Assembly: GCA_025677605.1 (NCBI GenBank)
Contig: GCA_025677605.1_4110.1
Direction: 5' to 3' (one strand)
Source: a phage
DNA: 64,000 nt
Numbering within the stretch: position 1 is the stretch's first letter; the number at the start of each line of letters is the position of its first letter. The position numbers were made by a program, and so were the translations under genes. Below are positions 1 to 9,889 of this stretch, one piece after another. Under the pieces are notes generated by a model. That model saw nothing but the letters and a program-made list of their open reading frames with translations, had not been told where the DNA came from and did not search any database.

Positions 1-219
1 TAAGTGTTTTGCATCTTCATCAATCCAATCCTGAAACTGACCATTGTTTACGAGATGTTTATTAACATCACAACAGTTAGGTTGCTTTGATGGTGTACCG
101 TTATATCCAGTACTCAATACTCGGTTATTCTTTACAATAACACAACCTACTTTCTGGGAAAGACACTTACTTTCCTCAGCAACGACACTGGCTATCTTCA
201 ACCACGTTGTATGTTTCAT
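1..219 (-). CDS. cd: dCMP deaminase, 5' part only (gene continues past window start)
   Basis: Minus-strand frame open from Met codon at 217-219 to position 1; N-terminus MKHTTWLKIASVVAEESKCLSQKVGCVIVKNNRVLSTGYNGTPS closely resembles the T4 Cd N-terminus and the CMP/dCMP deaminase core; absent from ORF track because truncated. Confidence 0.8.
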   Translation of the reverse strand, partial: MKHTTWLKIASVVAEESKCLSQKVGCVIVKNNRVLSTGYNGTPSKQPNCCDVNKHLVNNGQFQDWIDEDAKHL

Positions 220-697
220 CATATGTCCCTAAATTGGTTAATAGTTCTTTACAGATCTGATGTGTACGTAAAATACGCATATAGTCTACTATATCTTTCT
301 GTGTAATGTCAAATGGTTTTGAGCTATAAACATTCCAGCAACGAACGATTTCCAGAATGAAATCCACTTCCTTATTCATAATCTTATCAACTGCCACGAT
401 AACATCTTTTTCGTTTTGTTCTAATGTACGACCAGTATCTGAAAAAATCCCACCTAATGTGAACATCGCCCCACTATACAACCCAATAAAAATATCAGAT
501 GGTTTGTACATATTATACATAGTAAGTGCATAAATTTTCATGAAGATATTACGGTGAAAGTGTTTGTATGTTTTTTCTTTAGCTTCGTCTGATACACGGT
601 CAGCTTCCGAAATACATTGTCGCACAAGTTCCAACGTATTGTTTACGTTCTTTAGCCAAATATCAGTATCTTCTTGTGATAATTGATTATAGTTCAT
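176..697 (-). CDS. hypothetical protein (173 aa)
   Basis: Long minus-strand ORF in gene tiling; 3' end overlaps cd start by ~44 nt in another frame. Confidence 0.5.
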   Translation of the reverse strand: MNYNQLSQEDTDIWLKNVNNTLELVRQCISEADRVSDEAKEKTYKHFHRNIFMKIYALTMYNMYKPSDIFIGLYSGAMFTLGGIFSDTGRTLEQNEKDVIVAVDKIMNKEVDFILEIVRCWNVYSSKPFDITQKDIVDYMRILRTHQICKELLTNLGTYDETYNVVEDSQCRC

Positions 698-698
698 A

Positions 699-1208
699 TC
701 ACTCCTTTAATTTTAAAGATTCAACCATCTCTTCACACATTTTCATGTGATGATATTGTTTTTCATCTAAAGTATATGGGATATTACGACCTTGTAAATC
801 CATACTAATATCATAATTTCTATACATAAATGACGAGTGCTTAATCATAAATGTTACAGCTTCCCAAACTTTACCCGATTCTTCATATATTTCCTTAGTA
901 TTGATTGATGTTAATTTTCTAATTTTTTTAATATCCATACCAACAATTGTTGAATTGAAATCAAGTCCAATGTAATTAAAATTCATACAATTATATCTTA
1001 ATACTAGTCCATCTCCCTCAGTTATAGTAGTAAGAAACCACTGGTAATCATTAATTTTATGATACCATTTTCTTGTATTCAAATAATTATCGTACCATTT
1101 CTTGGTTATTTCTATTGCTTCAGTACTGATATTTTTTGCGTACTCATTTATTAAAAACATATTTTTTGAGAACTCAATACTGCTTTCTTTAGTGATTTTA
1201 AAGATCAT
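699..1208 (-). CDS. hypothetical protein (169 aa)
   Basis: Minus-strand ORF, abuts neighbours. Confidence 0.55.
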   Translation of the reverse strand: MIFKITKESSIEFSKNMFLINEYAKNISTEAIEITKKWYDNYLNTRKWYHKINDYQWFLTTITEGDGLVLRYNCMNFNYIGLDFNSTIVGMDIKKIRKLTSINTKEIYEESGKVWEAVTFMIKHSSFMYRNYDISMDLQGRNIPYTLDEKQYHHMKMCEEMVESLKLKE

Positions 1209-1561
1209 TAAAGTATTACCTCCTTCCTAGTGTTACTTGCGTCGCACCAATAAAAGACGTGCCAGTCAGGAAACTCCTTCTTTATTTGTACTGCACAAGC
1301 TTGACTTAATATATGTGATGCTTGTTGGATCATAAACATCCCAGGTGCTTCCACATTTATCATATCCGATGGTGACAGATATGAACTCCAATTGGATGCC
1401 TCCCAAATTTGCTGGTAAACATACAAGCTATGCATTAAACCTGCACTAAAAAGTTTTTTGTATCCATCAAGATCATCATTAATCCAATAGTCTCCTGTTT
1501 CAGAAGTCCATATAGGATCAGATGAATAATCCATATCAACAGAAATGTAAACTTTACTCAT
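1208..1561 (-). CDS. hypothetical protein (117 aa)
   Basis: Minus-strand ORF, 1-nt overlap with downstream gene. Confidence 0.55.
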   Translation of the reverse strand: MSKVYISVDMDYSSDPIWTSETGDYWINDDLDGYKKLFSAGLMHSLYVYQQIWEASNWSSYLSPSDMINVEAPGMFMIQQASHILSQACAVQIKKEFPDWHVFYWCDASNTRKEVIL

Positions 1562-1609
1562 ATAATTTACCTATGCGAAAAGGGAGTACAATGACTCCCA
1601 TTTATTTAA

Positions 1610-2056
1610 TCACTTTTCGGTCGGTGTATAGTTATATTGTTGACAATCTTCAACAGTTAATACACCTTCATCGTAGCCGTACTGAAGTACAATATCAAAT
1701 GCTTCATCTACCATAGTAACAACATCACGATAACGGACAATAGTATGTGCACGTTTTTCAACAGCTTTCATGATACCCATTAGCAGCCATTTACCTTCGT
1801 CGGTATGTAGTTTTGCAAAACGTGGTCGTTTAGTTGCTGCCATAATATCAGTCCAATCAGCCTTAAAGACTTCAGGACGTTTAGGTATATCAAACAATGT
1901 AGTTGGGAAGGTTACATTGTTTTTCTTCATTGCGTCAGCTTGTGCAGCACGATAGCCTTGACGGAAAATTGGATGCTGCATTTTAAGTTGTTCTGGTGAC
2001 AATACTAGTTTATTTTTAAACGCATCATAACCATCTTTGTATTGTTCATTAGCCAT
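1610..2056 (-). CDS. hypothetical protein
   Basis: Track ORF 1610..2149; start moved to internal Met (MANEQYKDG) at 2056, preceded by AAGGA and abutting upstream stop at 2061. Confidence 0.5.
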   Translation of the reverse strand: MANEQYKDGYDAFKNKLVLSPEQLKMQHPIFRQGYRAAQADAMKKNNVTFPTTLFDIPKRPEVFKADWTDIMAATKRPRFAKLHTDEGKWLLMGIMKAVEKRAHTIVRYRDVVTMVDEAFDIVLQYGYDEGVLTVEDCQQYNYTPTEK

Positions 2057-2060
2057 TGTA

Positions 2061-2354
2061 TTATTCCTTATCTTCTGTGCTGACAGCTTTTTTCTCGTTG
2101 AATGAACCGTGTTCGGCTCGCAAATTTGCAGCATATTGCACCGCATCAATTGGTTTAATATTGTTCTTCATAAGAACTTCTTGCATCAATTCAAGAATTT
2201 CAGCCATACCAACCAGTAGGTCTTCTGATTCTTTAATGTCTTTTAGTGCTAACGCTTGAGTACTGATCTGCTCTAGTGCAGTACTGATGAATTCCGAATC
2301 ATCAAGAATTTCAACTTCTTCAGTGCTAGAGTTTCGTACAAGTTTCTTTGACAT
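2061..2354 (-). CDS. hypothetical acidic protein (97 aa)
   Basis: Minus-strand ORF with AAGGAG RBS upstream of ATG at 2352-2354; immediately downstream of ClpP-like gene. Confidence 0.55.
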   Translation of the reverse strand: MSKKLVRNSSTEEVEILDDSEFISTALEQISTQALALKDIKESEDLLVGMAEILELMQEVLMKNNIKPIDAVQYAANLRAEHGSFNEKKAVSTEDKE

Positions 2355-2417
2355 TTTAACTCCTTAGAAAATGCCCCACAAAGTGAGGCATAATATATTT
2401 TAAGTTTTAGTACTGAA

Positions 2418-3113
2418 TTATACCCACTCTTCCACGCCACCGCGACGTTTAACTAGGTATTGACCTTTTTCATTACGTGGACCAAGGATAATACCATCGA
2501 TAAATCCAAGTTCACCATACTCAAGTGCTTCATCTGCACTCAACCACAAATCGCGGTCCGCATCTTCTAGTAGTTTTTCATGAGAAACACCTACAGCTTC
2601 AGCGATTTCTTTCGTCAGCAATGTGTTCAATGCATCAGAGTGTTTTAGTGCAATTTTCTGATCAGTGATCAGACCTTGTGTACCAGAACTTACTTGGTGA
2701 CACATAAAGTACGAGCGTTTACCACCAAGACGATAACCTTTAGTACCAACTACTGATTGTGTGTAGCAACCCATTGATGCTGCATAACCCATCACTACTG
2801 TGCGGATTGGTGATACACAAGATTTAGCAATATCAGAAATACCCAAACCTGCATGAACACTACCACCCGGCGAGGAAATATAAAGAGTAATTGGTTCAGA
2901 ACCTTGAGAATCCAACCACACCAATTGTTGCTTGATGATATGTGCCATCTGGTCGTTGAAATCAGTATCAAGGAAAATGATACGGTCTTGCATCATACGA
3001 GATGCTAGATCATAAGTACGTTCGTTGCCATTAACTTTTTCAACTACATATGGAATTGAAATGTTAGTTGTTTCACCATTCGCATAACCACCAAACATAA
3101 ATTGTTGAGTCAT
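2418..3113 (-). CDS. clpP: ClpP-like serine protease subunit
   Basis: Ser motif VMGYAASMG, His in FMCHQ, Asp in DADRD; ISSPGGSV block; overall collinear with bacterial ClpP. Confidence 0.85.
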   Translation of the reverse strand: MTQQFMFGGYANGETTNISIPYVVEKVNGNERTYDLASRMMQDRIIFLDTDFNDQMAHIIKQQLVWLDSQGSEPITLYISSPGGSVHAGLGISDIAKSCVSPIRTVVMGYAASMGCYTQSVVGTKGYRLGGKRSYFMCHQVSSGTQGLITDQKIALKHSDALNTLLTKEIAEAVGVSHEKLLEDADRDLWLSADEALEYGELGFIDGIILGPRNEKGQYLVKRRGGVEEWV

Positions 3114-3173
3114 TGTATATTTTCCTCTATTGTTTCATTGATGTGAGTATTATATCACAGTGTTCGTATTTGT

Positions 3174-3557
3174 CTACAATTTTCTTGTAAAATCTAGTAA
3201 ACCGTAAATTGTTTCTTTGTTGTACAGAGTTGGGTCTATCTTCAGTAACCTAACCATACCTGTATCATACACAGAAGTGTTGGTAATGTCAAACAAAGAA
3301 TGCGTATAATATTGGTCAGTACTGACATAAATGAAGAATTCGTTCGATTTATCTAAATCTTCAAAGAAAACTGCATCATAGTATTCAGCACGACCATCAA
3401 TATACACTTCAACTGAATCATCATCCAGCCAGTAGTGAGAGATTTCAGTACTGTTCTGTTGTAACTTTGTTTCACCTCTAGTGTGGTGTAAGTTTGCATT
3501 TAACACGTACTTGATTTCGTTATTATATACAATTGTGTACACAGTAATAATTTTCAT
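3174..3557 (-). CDS. hypothetical protein (127 aa)
   Basis: Minus-strand ORF. Confidence 0.5.
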   Translation of the reverse strand: MKIITVYTIVYNNEIKYVLNANLHHTRGETKLQQNSTEISHYWLDDDSVEVYIDGRAEYYDAVFFEDLDKSNEFFIYVSTDQYYTHSLFDITNTSVYDTGMVRLLKIDPTLYNKETIYGLLDFTRKL

Positions 3558-3952
3558 CAGTACTCCCTAATTGATACCAGTGCGTTAAGAAATTCTAAAC
3601 GAATTCCACATGGTATGGTATCAAAATCAACCTCAATCATTCTTAATGAATCAGGGATTTCATTTCTAAAGAACATATTACATGCAAAAGTACTGAAAGG
3701 TAACACATCACCTTTACTATCATCACAAACAACAACGTACACTTTACCACTAAAAGAATCCAAATCATCTGCTCTCTGGATATCACGACTATAGTGATAC
3801 CTATCTTTCAGTACTGAGTTGATTCCTTTCTTATCATCATAGAATTGAACTTTATCACAATATGTCACCAGACGCATACCATATCTTTGGAACATACGAG
3901 CACTTCCATTGATTACGATCATTTTGTCTTTTGTATGCAATGTATATATCAT
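3557..3952 (-). CDS. hypothetical protein (131 aa)
   Basis: Minus-strand ORF, 1-nt overlap with downstream gene. Confidence 0.5.
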   Translation of the reverse strand: MIYTLHTKDKMIVINGSARMFQRYGMRLVTYCDKVQFYDDKKGINSVLKDRYHYSRDIQRADDLDSFSGKVYVVVCDDSKGDVLPFSTFACNMFFRNEIPDSLRMIEVDFDTIPCGIRLEFLNALVSIREY

Positions 3953-3961
3953 AGTAATCCC

Positions 3962-4753
3962 TTAGATTTCGAATACCAATTTAGGATTGTAATCGAAATT
4001 CTCACAAGCTCCACTATAAGATTCGTAACCTCTTGGATTACAAATGATACGTGTCTTACCGATGTGGTAATCAAAGCTACTATGAACATGACCATGAATC
4101 CAAACATCAGCACCCAAATCTTCAATGTACTGATCCATGTCTGAACAGTAACAACCATTCAGTGAATCGTTTTTATATTTTGGTGAAACACTTTGAAAAC
4201 TCGGTGCGTGATGGGTAATCACGATGACCTTGAAATCATTATCCTGCATTAAGCGTACTGTGTCAACTGAATTTTTGATAAATTGTTTATCTTTGTGATG
4301 CATGAACTCAGTATCTTCTGGTGTCAGTTTCTTACGCCAAGGCTCGGATGTTGTTCCATGACGGATGTGTTTATAATCGTTCATCTTCTGACGAGCATCA
4401 AACTTCGTCATGGAATTACCTTTGTCAAAGTCTGTCCACAGAGTACTACCAACGAGCAAAACACCATCCAGCCATACAAATTTGTTTTGCAAAAAGATGA
4501 AATTAGGAAACTCATCTTGTATATCGGACAGTACTTGATGCGTTTTGTAAATGTTCGAACCGTAGTACTCGTGGTTGCCAGGAACCAGTACTACATTCTT
4601 GAACTGCTTACACAGTGATTCGATGCCAGTACGATAACGGCTGCGTTTAACTTCATCGAAATCCCCTGCAATGATCAGTACTGTGTCACTGTAATCACCA
4701 CTGTGGAGGTAATCAGTGCCACCGTGCACATCAGATGTTACGACAAATTTCAT
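3962..4753 (-). CDS. calcineurin-like metallophosphoesterase
   Basis: Motifs SDVHGG, GDFDE, GNHEYY, HHAP, HGHVH; track ORF 3962..4825 trimmed to Met (MKFVVTSDVHGG) at 4753 preceded by GGAGG. Confidence 0.8.
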   Translation of the reverse strand: MKFVVTSDVHGGTDYLHSGDYSDTVLIIAGDFDEVKRSRYRTGIESLCKQFKNVVLVPGNHEYYGSNIYKTHQVLSDIQDEFPNFIFLQNKFVWLDGVLLVGSTLWTDFDKGNSMTKFDARQKMNDYKHIRHGTTSEPWRKKLTPEDTEFMHHKDKQFIKNSVDTVRLMQDNDFKVIVITHHAPSFQSVSPKYKNDSLNGCYCSDMDQYIEDLGADVWIHGHVHSSFDYHIGKTRIICNPRGYESYSGACENFDYNPKLVFEI

Positions 4754-4772
4754 AATTACCTCCAATAAATGT

Positions 4773-6191
4773 TTAGCCAAGTGATTCAATAATACTGTTT
4801 GAGAAGACCTCAACTGCACTATCACGAATTTCTAAGATACGAGTATAATCGTCACAAGTGTTTTTGTCAAATCTAAATTCAATAAACACTGGTAAGAATA
4901 GTGATGGTTCACCAGTACGCTTATCATATACTACGTCATTGCACTCAATTGTAACAACTTTGCCAATGAGTTCTTGCATTCTTTCCCAAATGGTTTTAAA
5001 TGTCCATTCAGCATCTTTCTCTTTAATGCCTGTTCCTACGCTTACTTTTAGTGTACCACAAGCACTTTCCAGTTGTAAAGAACCAAGCATACCTTTACGC
5101 TTACCTTCACCTTCATTGAAACCAACAATACGCAAGTCCAGTTGCATTTTCAATTTCATTTTCAACTGCTTAGGAGAAGTATGAGATTTCCAGATACCAT
5201 CTTCACATTTCAGTACTGAACCTTCTTCACCTGAACTCATGAGTTCAGAGTTGTAAGCAAAGGCTTCTTTGAGATCCTTCACCTTACGATATCCAACCAT
5301 ACGCACGAATTCACTACCTAATGCATTGATTGCACCTTCAAGAATCTCGCGACGTTCCTTACGTTTCACATCCCAGATACCAGCACAATAAGCATCATAT
5401 GGCACTACATCCCAGAGAACGAATACAGTACGCATTGCTTCGTTTTGGGTGATAGTATCCTTACCAGCTTTCTGAATGATGCCGTTACCAGTTGTACGTG
5501 GAAGAATAGTTTCCCCATCAGTATCCAGTACTAAACCCTCGCCCATAAAGACTACACCACTACTGAAACGTTCATCTGTACTTTGAATATGATGAGCAAG
5601 TCCAGCCATTTCAGCATCACGACAACCGAGGAAGTCATAAATCTTACCATTACGGGAAGTGGATGTTAATGATGCATTGATAACAACGTGGTTCAAGTAC
5701 TGACCATCCATCTTAACTTCAGCAACGGCATAACCATAATCTTTGAAGTTGATGTTCTTAGCAGTTTTCTTGTCAATCAATGAACAACGCATATAAGGTT
5801 CATCTTTAATAAAGCCTTTACCGAATACATCATTACAGTTCTTTTCCTGAATACCACAATCAAGGTTCTTCGTGAGCATTTTACGGAGAACTTCCTGATC
5901 ATCTTCAGATACGGAACCCAGTACTGAAGCAATGAAATCACGCCCCGTATTACCCGTCACACCACGCTTATAGATGCATTCTAGCTTATCAATAGCTTCA
6001 TCTAACGTCATATGTTGATACACGTCAGCAGCGTCTGGTAGCTTCTTATAGCCACTTACGATAGTAGGGTCTAGCGTATATTTCAGTACTTTTTTGAGTG
6101 TTTCATTGTTTTTGTTTTCTTCAAGGATTGCTTTCTTACCAAGTGTACTTGAAGTCTTTTTGATTTGTTCCAGAATTGCTAAAATGCTCAT
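4773..6191 (-). CDS. 30: ATP-dependent DNA ligase (T4 gp30-like)
   Basis: N-terminus ILAILEQIKKTSSTLGKKAILEENKNNETLKK resembles T4 DNA ligase N-terminus as I recall it; KxDG adenylation motif in VAEVKMDGQ; 472 aa. Confidence 0.9.
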   Translation of the reverse strand: MSILAILEQIKKTSSTLGKKAILEENKNNETLKKVLKYTLDPTIVSGYKKLPDAADVYQHMTLDEAIDKLECIYKRGVTGNTGRDFIASVLGSVSEDDQEVLRKMLTKNLDCGIQEKNCNDVFGKGFIKDEPYMRCSLIDKKTAKNINFKDYGYAVAEVKMDGQYLNHVVINASLTSTSRNGKIYDFLGCRDAEMAGLAHHIQSTDERFSSGVVFMGEGLVLDTDGETILPRTTGNGIIQKAGKDTITQNEAMRTVFVLWDVVPYDAYCAGIWDVKRKERREILEGAINALGSEFVRMVGYRKVKDLKEAFAYNSELMSSGEEGSVLKCEDGIWKSHTSPKQLKMKLKMQLDLRIVGFNEGEGKRKGMLGSLQLESACGTLKVSVGTGIKEKDAEWTFKTIWERMQELIGKVVTIECNDVVYDKRTGEPSLFLPVFIEFRFDKNTCDDYTRILEIRDSAVEVFSNSIIESLG

Positions 6192-6200
6192 TATATTCCC

Positions 6201-7397
6201 TTATAGATAATAGGTTCCATAAAAAATAGGACAGTCAGTGCTAATATGAACCATAGTTTTTTTATTAGATTCTGATGAATTATTACTATATCGTTTGGTC
6301 GGTGGATAGAAAGGTGAATTATAACCACGCCATGTATTGAAAGATGTATGTTCATCGATATCAACATCCATTGACATTACACCATTCGCATCAACTTCTA
6401 CTGGGTATCCGCAGTATTTTTCAAAATCACCCTTGTACGCTATAGAATAATCATGGCGATAATATCCATAGGAATTTCTGCTGTTGTTATCTGAAATACC
6501 AAAGAATACACGATATTTTTGACCATTCTGTTCAGTCATGAATAATACGTTTTCATTGAAACGACCATTAACAAGAACGTCTTTAGTGATTTCAGTGTAT
6601 TTTACTTTCATATCAGTACTTTTAAATGATTTAGTACTGATCAGTACTGGCCTATTACATTCACCTAATGCGTTCTCAGTTCGCATTCGGTACGTATTGA
6701 AATATGCATTTGCTTTAACAATTTCAGCTTCCATTGTTGTTTTAACGTTATGGAGTGCTCTGGGTGTTAATTCGTATCGGTCAAGGCTTGCACATACACC
6801 ATATGTACCATCAGCGATACAATACACCATATGATAGAAAGAACTTTTGTTAGGTAAAGAGAATTCTTTAGTTTTCTTCAAACAAAGAGCATGAACGCGA
6901 CCACAATAGTAGTACTCTTTTTTGTTATAAAGGAATCCATCACCAACTTTCAACTCACCAACAACGCTTTTACGTTCTTCAGCTTTTTCTTGCTTCTCTT
7001 GCATCTTAGCAAATGTTTTTGTATTACCATTGATGAGTTCAAGATTATTATTAAAGAACATAGCATCTTGGAATACACCATTAACGATATCATTGTGTGT
7101 GATTAAGTCCAGCATATTGTTTGCAGTGATATTGAACTCAAATCCTTCTGGGTGACGACAAACAAAATAGGTATCACGCCCACTGTGAATCAATTTTTGA
7201 ACAATAGCAAAACCTTTTTTCGGTTCATTGTCGAGTATAAGTGACGGCATATTATTGGTTCTTGCCCAGTACTCAACACGTTCTTTCTTAGTTTCAAATG
7301 CTTTAGTGTGCATTTTAGTTGCGTCGATAATATATCCGTCAACCTGATCCCCACTAACAAAACGTCTTGCGACGAAAATCTTTTCAGGAAAATTCAT
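6201..7397 (-). CDS. hypothetical protein (~399 aa)
   Basis: Track ORF 6201..7460; likely start at Met (MNFPEKIF) at 7397 forming ATGA overlap with upstream stop. Confidence 0.5.
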   Translation of the reverse strand: MNFPEKIFVARRFVSGDQVDGYIIDATKMHTKAFETKKERVEYWARTNNMPSLILDNEPKKGFAIVQKLIHSGRDTYFVCRHPEGFEFNITANNMLDLITHNDIVNGVFQDAMFFNNNLELINGNTKTFAKMQEKQEKAEERKSVVGELKVGDGFLYNKKEYYYCGRVHALCLKKTKEFSLPNKSSFYHMVYCIADGTYGVCASLDRYELTPRALHNVKTTMEAEIVKANAYFNTYRMRTENALGECNRPVLISTKSFKSTDMKVKYTEITKDVLVNGRFNENVLFMTEQNGQKYRVFFGISDNNSRNSYGYYRHDYSIAYKGDFEKYCGYPVEVDANGVMSMDVDIDEHTSFNTWRGYNSPFYPPTKRYSNNSSESNKKTMVHISTDCPIFYGTYYL

Positions 7398-7816
7398 CAA
7401 ATAGTCCTCATTGTACTCATAGCTTTTAGTGTTTCGTACATATGACCGTATTTGTGACATAGCTGTAAATCAGTCATTGGGTCGTTAGTACGCATCAGTG
7501 CCATGTCATCAATCATTTCTTCAGTGCATAGTACTGCTACACTAGTGAGGGTATCGTTCAAACCTGGTTCATTGAATTTAGCAAATGGAACCTTGCCCTG
7601 TTTGGATAGATTCTCGTAATGAGTGGTTAATTTATCTTGGTTGCCAGCATTGAGAATTACAATAGTTTCGTGCTCATTATACCATTTATCGATTAGAGTA
7701 CTGAATACTGAACCTTCATAATCTTTGACGAGTTTAATACCAGCATGAAATGCCTGAATGCCAGCCTGAACACCCTGACAGTACATGTTTGTTAAGCAAT
7801 ATAGTTTCACTTCCAT
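7397..7816 (-). CDS. hypothetical protein (139 aa)
   Basis: Minus-strand ORF. Confidence 0.5.
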   Translation of the reverse strand: MEVKLYCLTNMYCQGVQAGIQAFHAGIKLVKDYEGSVFSTLIDKWYNEHETIVILNAGNQDKLTTHYENLSKQGKVPFAKFNEPGLNDTLTSVAVLCTEEMIDDMALMRTNDPMTDLQLCHKYGHMYETLKAMSTMRTI

Positions 7817-8034
7817 ACCTCTTGTTTTTCTACATATCCTTTACCATCACAATCTGGACATGCATAATATCGACGAAATTCTTCATCGGGAACTTGTTGT
7901 GTTCCGTTACATTTAGGACAAATGCGACGAACACCAGAAATAATACGTTCATGATGCTCAGCTTGTTTAGCTGAATCAAAAATGCGACCATCTTCAGTTT
8001 GATATTTTTCAACCTGAACATAAATTACTTTCAT
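7807..8034 (-). CDS. small zinc-ribbon protein
   Basis: Two CxxCxGxG-type pairs: CPKCNGTQQV and CPDCDGKGYV (DnaJ cysteine-rich-repeat-like). Confidence 0.6.
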   Translation of the reverse strand: MKVIYVQVEKYQTEDGRIFDSAKQAEHHERIISGVRRICPKCNGTQQVPDEEFRRYYACPDCDGKGYVEKQEVWK

Positions 8035-8321
8035 TTTATATCCTTATAAAAAGTTAAATCTTCAGTGCTTAATTGTACAAAACATTTGTTAGTTTCATTG
8101 TCAACCAGAATTTCAACATACACCTTCACTTCATGAATTGTTACAATTCTATGAATCACACCAATAGTAGTTCCATCTATATATGGTAGCTCAACCCAAC
8201 GACCAACCAATTTATCACTTAAATGGTCTTTCATTTGTTGGTTGGTATCATTGATTATTGCATCGAGTGATTTTTTAAAAAAGTTAAATTCGGTTAATGC
8301 ACTATCAATCATGTCATGCAT
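8031..8321 (-). CDS. hypothetical protein (96 aa)
   Basis: Minus-strand ORF. Confidence 0.5.
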   Translation of the reverse strand: MHDMIDSALTEFNFFKKSLDAIINDTNQQMKDHLSDKLVGRWVELPYIDGTTIGVIHRIVTIHEVKVYVEILVDNETNKCFVQLSTEDLTFYKDIK

Positions 8322-8326
8322 AATAA

Positions 8327-9070
8327 TTACCTTTTGAATCGACTAAATGAATATTCGTCTTTTTCTTTACGCAAATAACGCATCTTACCACCTTGTGGGG
8401 TAGCAATAGTCAAATCACCAGTAAGAAACTGACTGTCAATCCAGATACGGTTACCATAAATGAGGGGATCAAACACGGCAGTATGCCCACTAAGTACATA
8501 ATCTACGTTGGTAATACGTGATGCATTAAAGACGTTGTTGGCTTTACAGAAATCAAATGTCTTTCTGTCCCATAGGCATGACTCAATTGTATCACTGGAC
8601 ATTGATTTTGTCCCAGTAATGAACTTATTCCAGTCAGTGTGCTTAAGGTCTACACTTGCATGTACGAGGCCAATCTTGAGTCCTCTGTGATTGATTTGGA
8701 TAATCATAGGTAGCTGGTTCAAGTACTGACGGAAGAATTCCACTCCTGATACACCAACTTCTTCCAGGAACTTATCGCCCCCATTCTGTGTCCAGCAATG
8801 ATACCAGTCACGATGAGTTGCAGAATCAATACACATCGATTCATGATTGCCCATGATCATATATCGATTCTCAGCGAATAAAAACTCAAACAAAAGGTGA
8901 GCACTTTGCTCACCTCTGTCAATTAAATCGCCTAAACTGAATACATAATCTTCAGGAGTAATACCAAATTCTTTCTTGGTATGTTCCCATAGTTTTGCAT
9001 TACCGTGAATGTCTCCTACTATATACAAATCTTTTTCATCAGGAACTGTTACTTCTAAGAAATGTTTCAT
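8327..9070 (-). CDS. Ser/Thr protein phosphatase-family metallophosphatase
   Basis: Motifs GDIHGN, GDLIDRGEQS, GNHE typical of PPP-family / lambda-phosphatase-like enzymes. Confidence 0.8.
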   Translation of the reverse strand: MKHFLEVTVPDEKDLYIVGDIHGNAKLWEHTKKEFGITPEDYVFSLGDLIDRGEQSAHLLFEFLFAENRYMIMGNHESMCIDSATHRDWYHCWTQNGGDKFLEEVGVSGVEFFRQYLNQLPMIIQINHRGLKIGLVHASVDLKHTDWNKFITGTKSMSSDTIESCLWDRKTFDFCKANNVFNASRITNVDYVLSGHTAVFDPLIYGNRIWIDSQFLTGDLTIATPQGGKMRYLRKEKDEYSFSRFKR

Positions 9071-9321
9071 TGTTCTTTAATCCATATAATTTTATCATAG
9101 GTGACAACTTGAGTATTGGCAATTTGGTCATTAACATAGCAATCTACGTAATATCGCACATCACCATAATATGTTCCCATATCTCTTATGCATATTTTTT
9201 GCCAACCTCTGGAGTGTTTAAGAAGAATTTCTTGACCAATATATTTGTGCTTAGCACGTTGGACAAAATCATCAGATAACGATTGTAACATCTTTAACTG
9301 TTCAATTTCCGTCTTTGTCAT
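9067..9321 (-). CDS. hypothetical protein (84 aa)
   Basis: Minus-strand ORF; ATGA-type overlap. Confidence 0.5.
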   Translation of the reverse strand: MTKTEIEQLKMLQSLSDDFVQRAKHKYIGQEILLKHSRGWQKICIRDMGTYYGDVRYYVDCYVNDQIANTQVVTYDKIIWIKEQ

Positions 9322-9544
9322 GTTTCTTCTTCTTGAATTTTGTTAGTGTATCGTAAAAATCTTTACAGATTGAAATGAAAAGATACACCAACGACACAGG
9401 CCACAGTACTGATAACATAGAGCAGGTACTAATATTAATCATTGTGGTAGGGGTATCTTTAAAAGAACCCCAATTGATGATAAGAAAAGTACTGATAAAT
9501 GTACTCAGTACTCCTACACCATACAAAGCAAAAAATAAAATCAT
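9302..9544 (-). CDS. small membrane protein (2 predicted TM helices)
   Basis: Hydrophobic segments LFFALYGVGVLSTFISTFLII and MLSVLWPVSLVYLFISI. Confidence 0.5.
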   Translation of the reverse strand: MILFFALYGVGVLSTFISTFLIINWGSFKDTPTTMINISTCSMLSVLWPVSLVYLFISICKDFYDTLTKFKKKKHDKDGN

Positions 9545-9889
9545 TTATTCCTCTTCTATTAGTTCTAAACGATCTAAACGGTAAGTGAATCCGTACCATT
9601 CAGAACTTTTTGGATTTTCATATTCAACATCAACATAGATTGATGAATTCTTTACTCGCAACAAAGTAATAAACATAACTGTATTTTCGTTGATATGAGA
9701 AGCTTCATCATCACAATAAATCCAGTCAGAATCTACTTCATCCTCCTTAGCCTTATTGATGTGGTCAATATACTCTTGAGTGAATTTTACTTTTTTGCCT
9801 ATTAATTTATTTTTTAAGGTACTAACGAATTCTGATTGAAGATCAAGGAGAGATTCGAAGTACCTTAGTTCAGATGATAACGGAACCAT
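9545..9889 (-). CDS. hypothetical protein (114 aa)
   Basis: Minus-strand ORF. Confidence 0.5.
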   Translation of the reverse strand: MVPLSSELRYFESLLDLQSEFVSTLKNKLIGKKVKFTQEYIDHINKAKEDEVDSDWIYCDDEASHINENTVMFITLLRVKNSSIYVDVEYENPKSSEWYGFTYRLDRLELIEEE

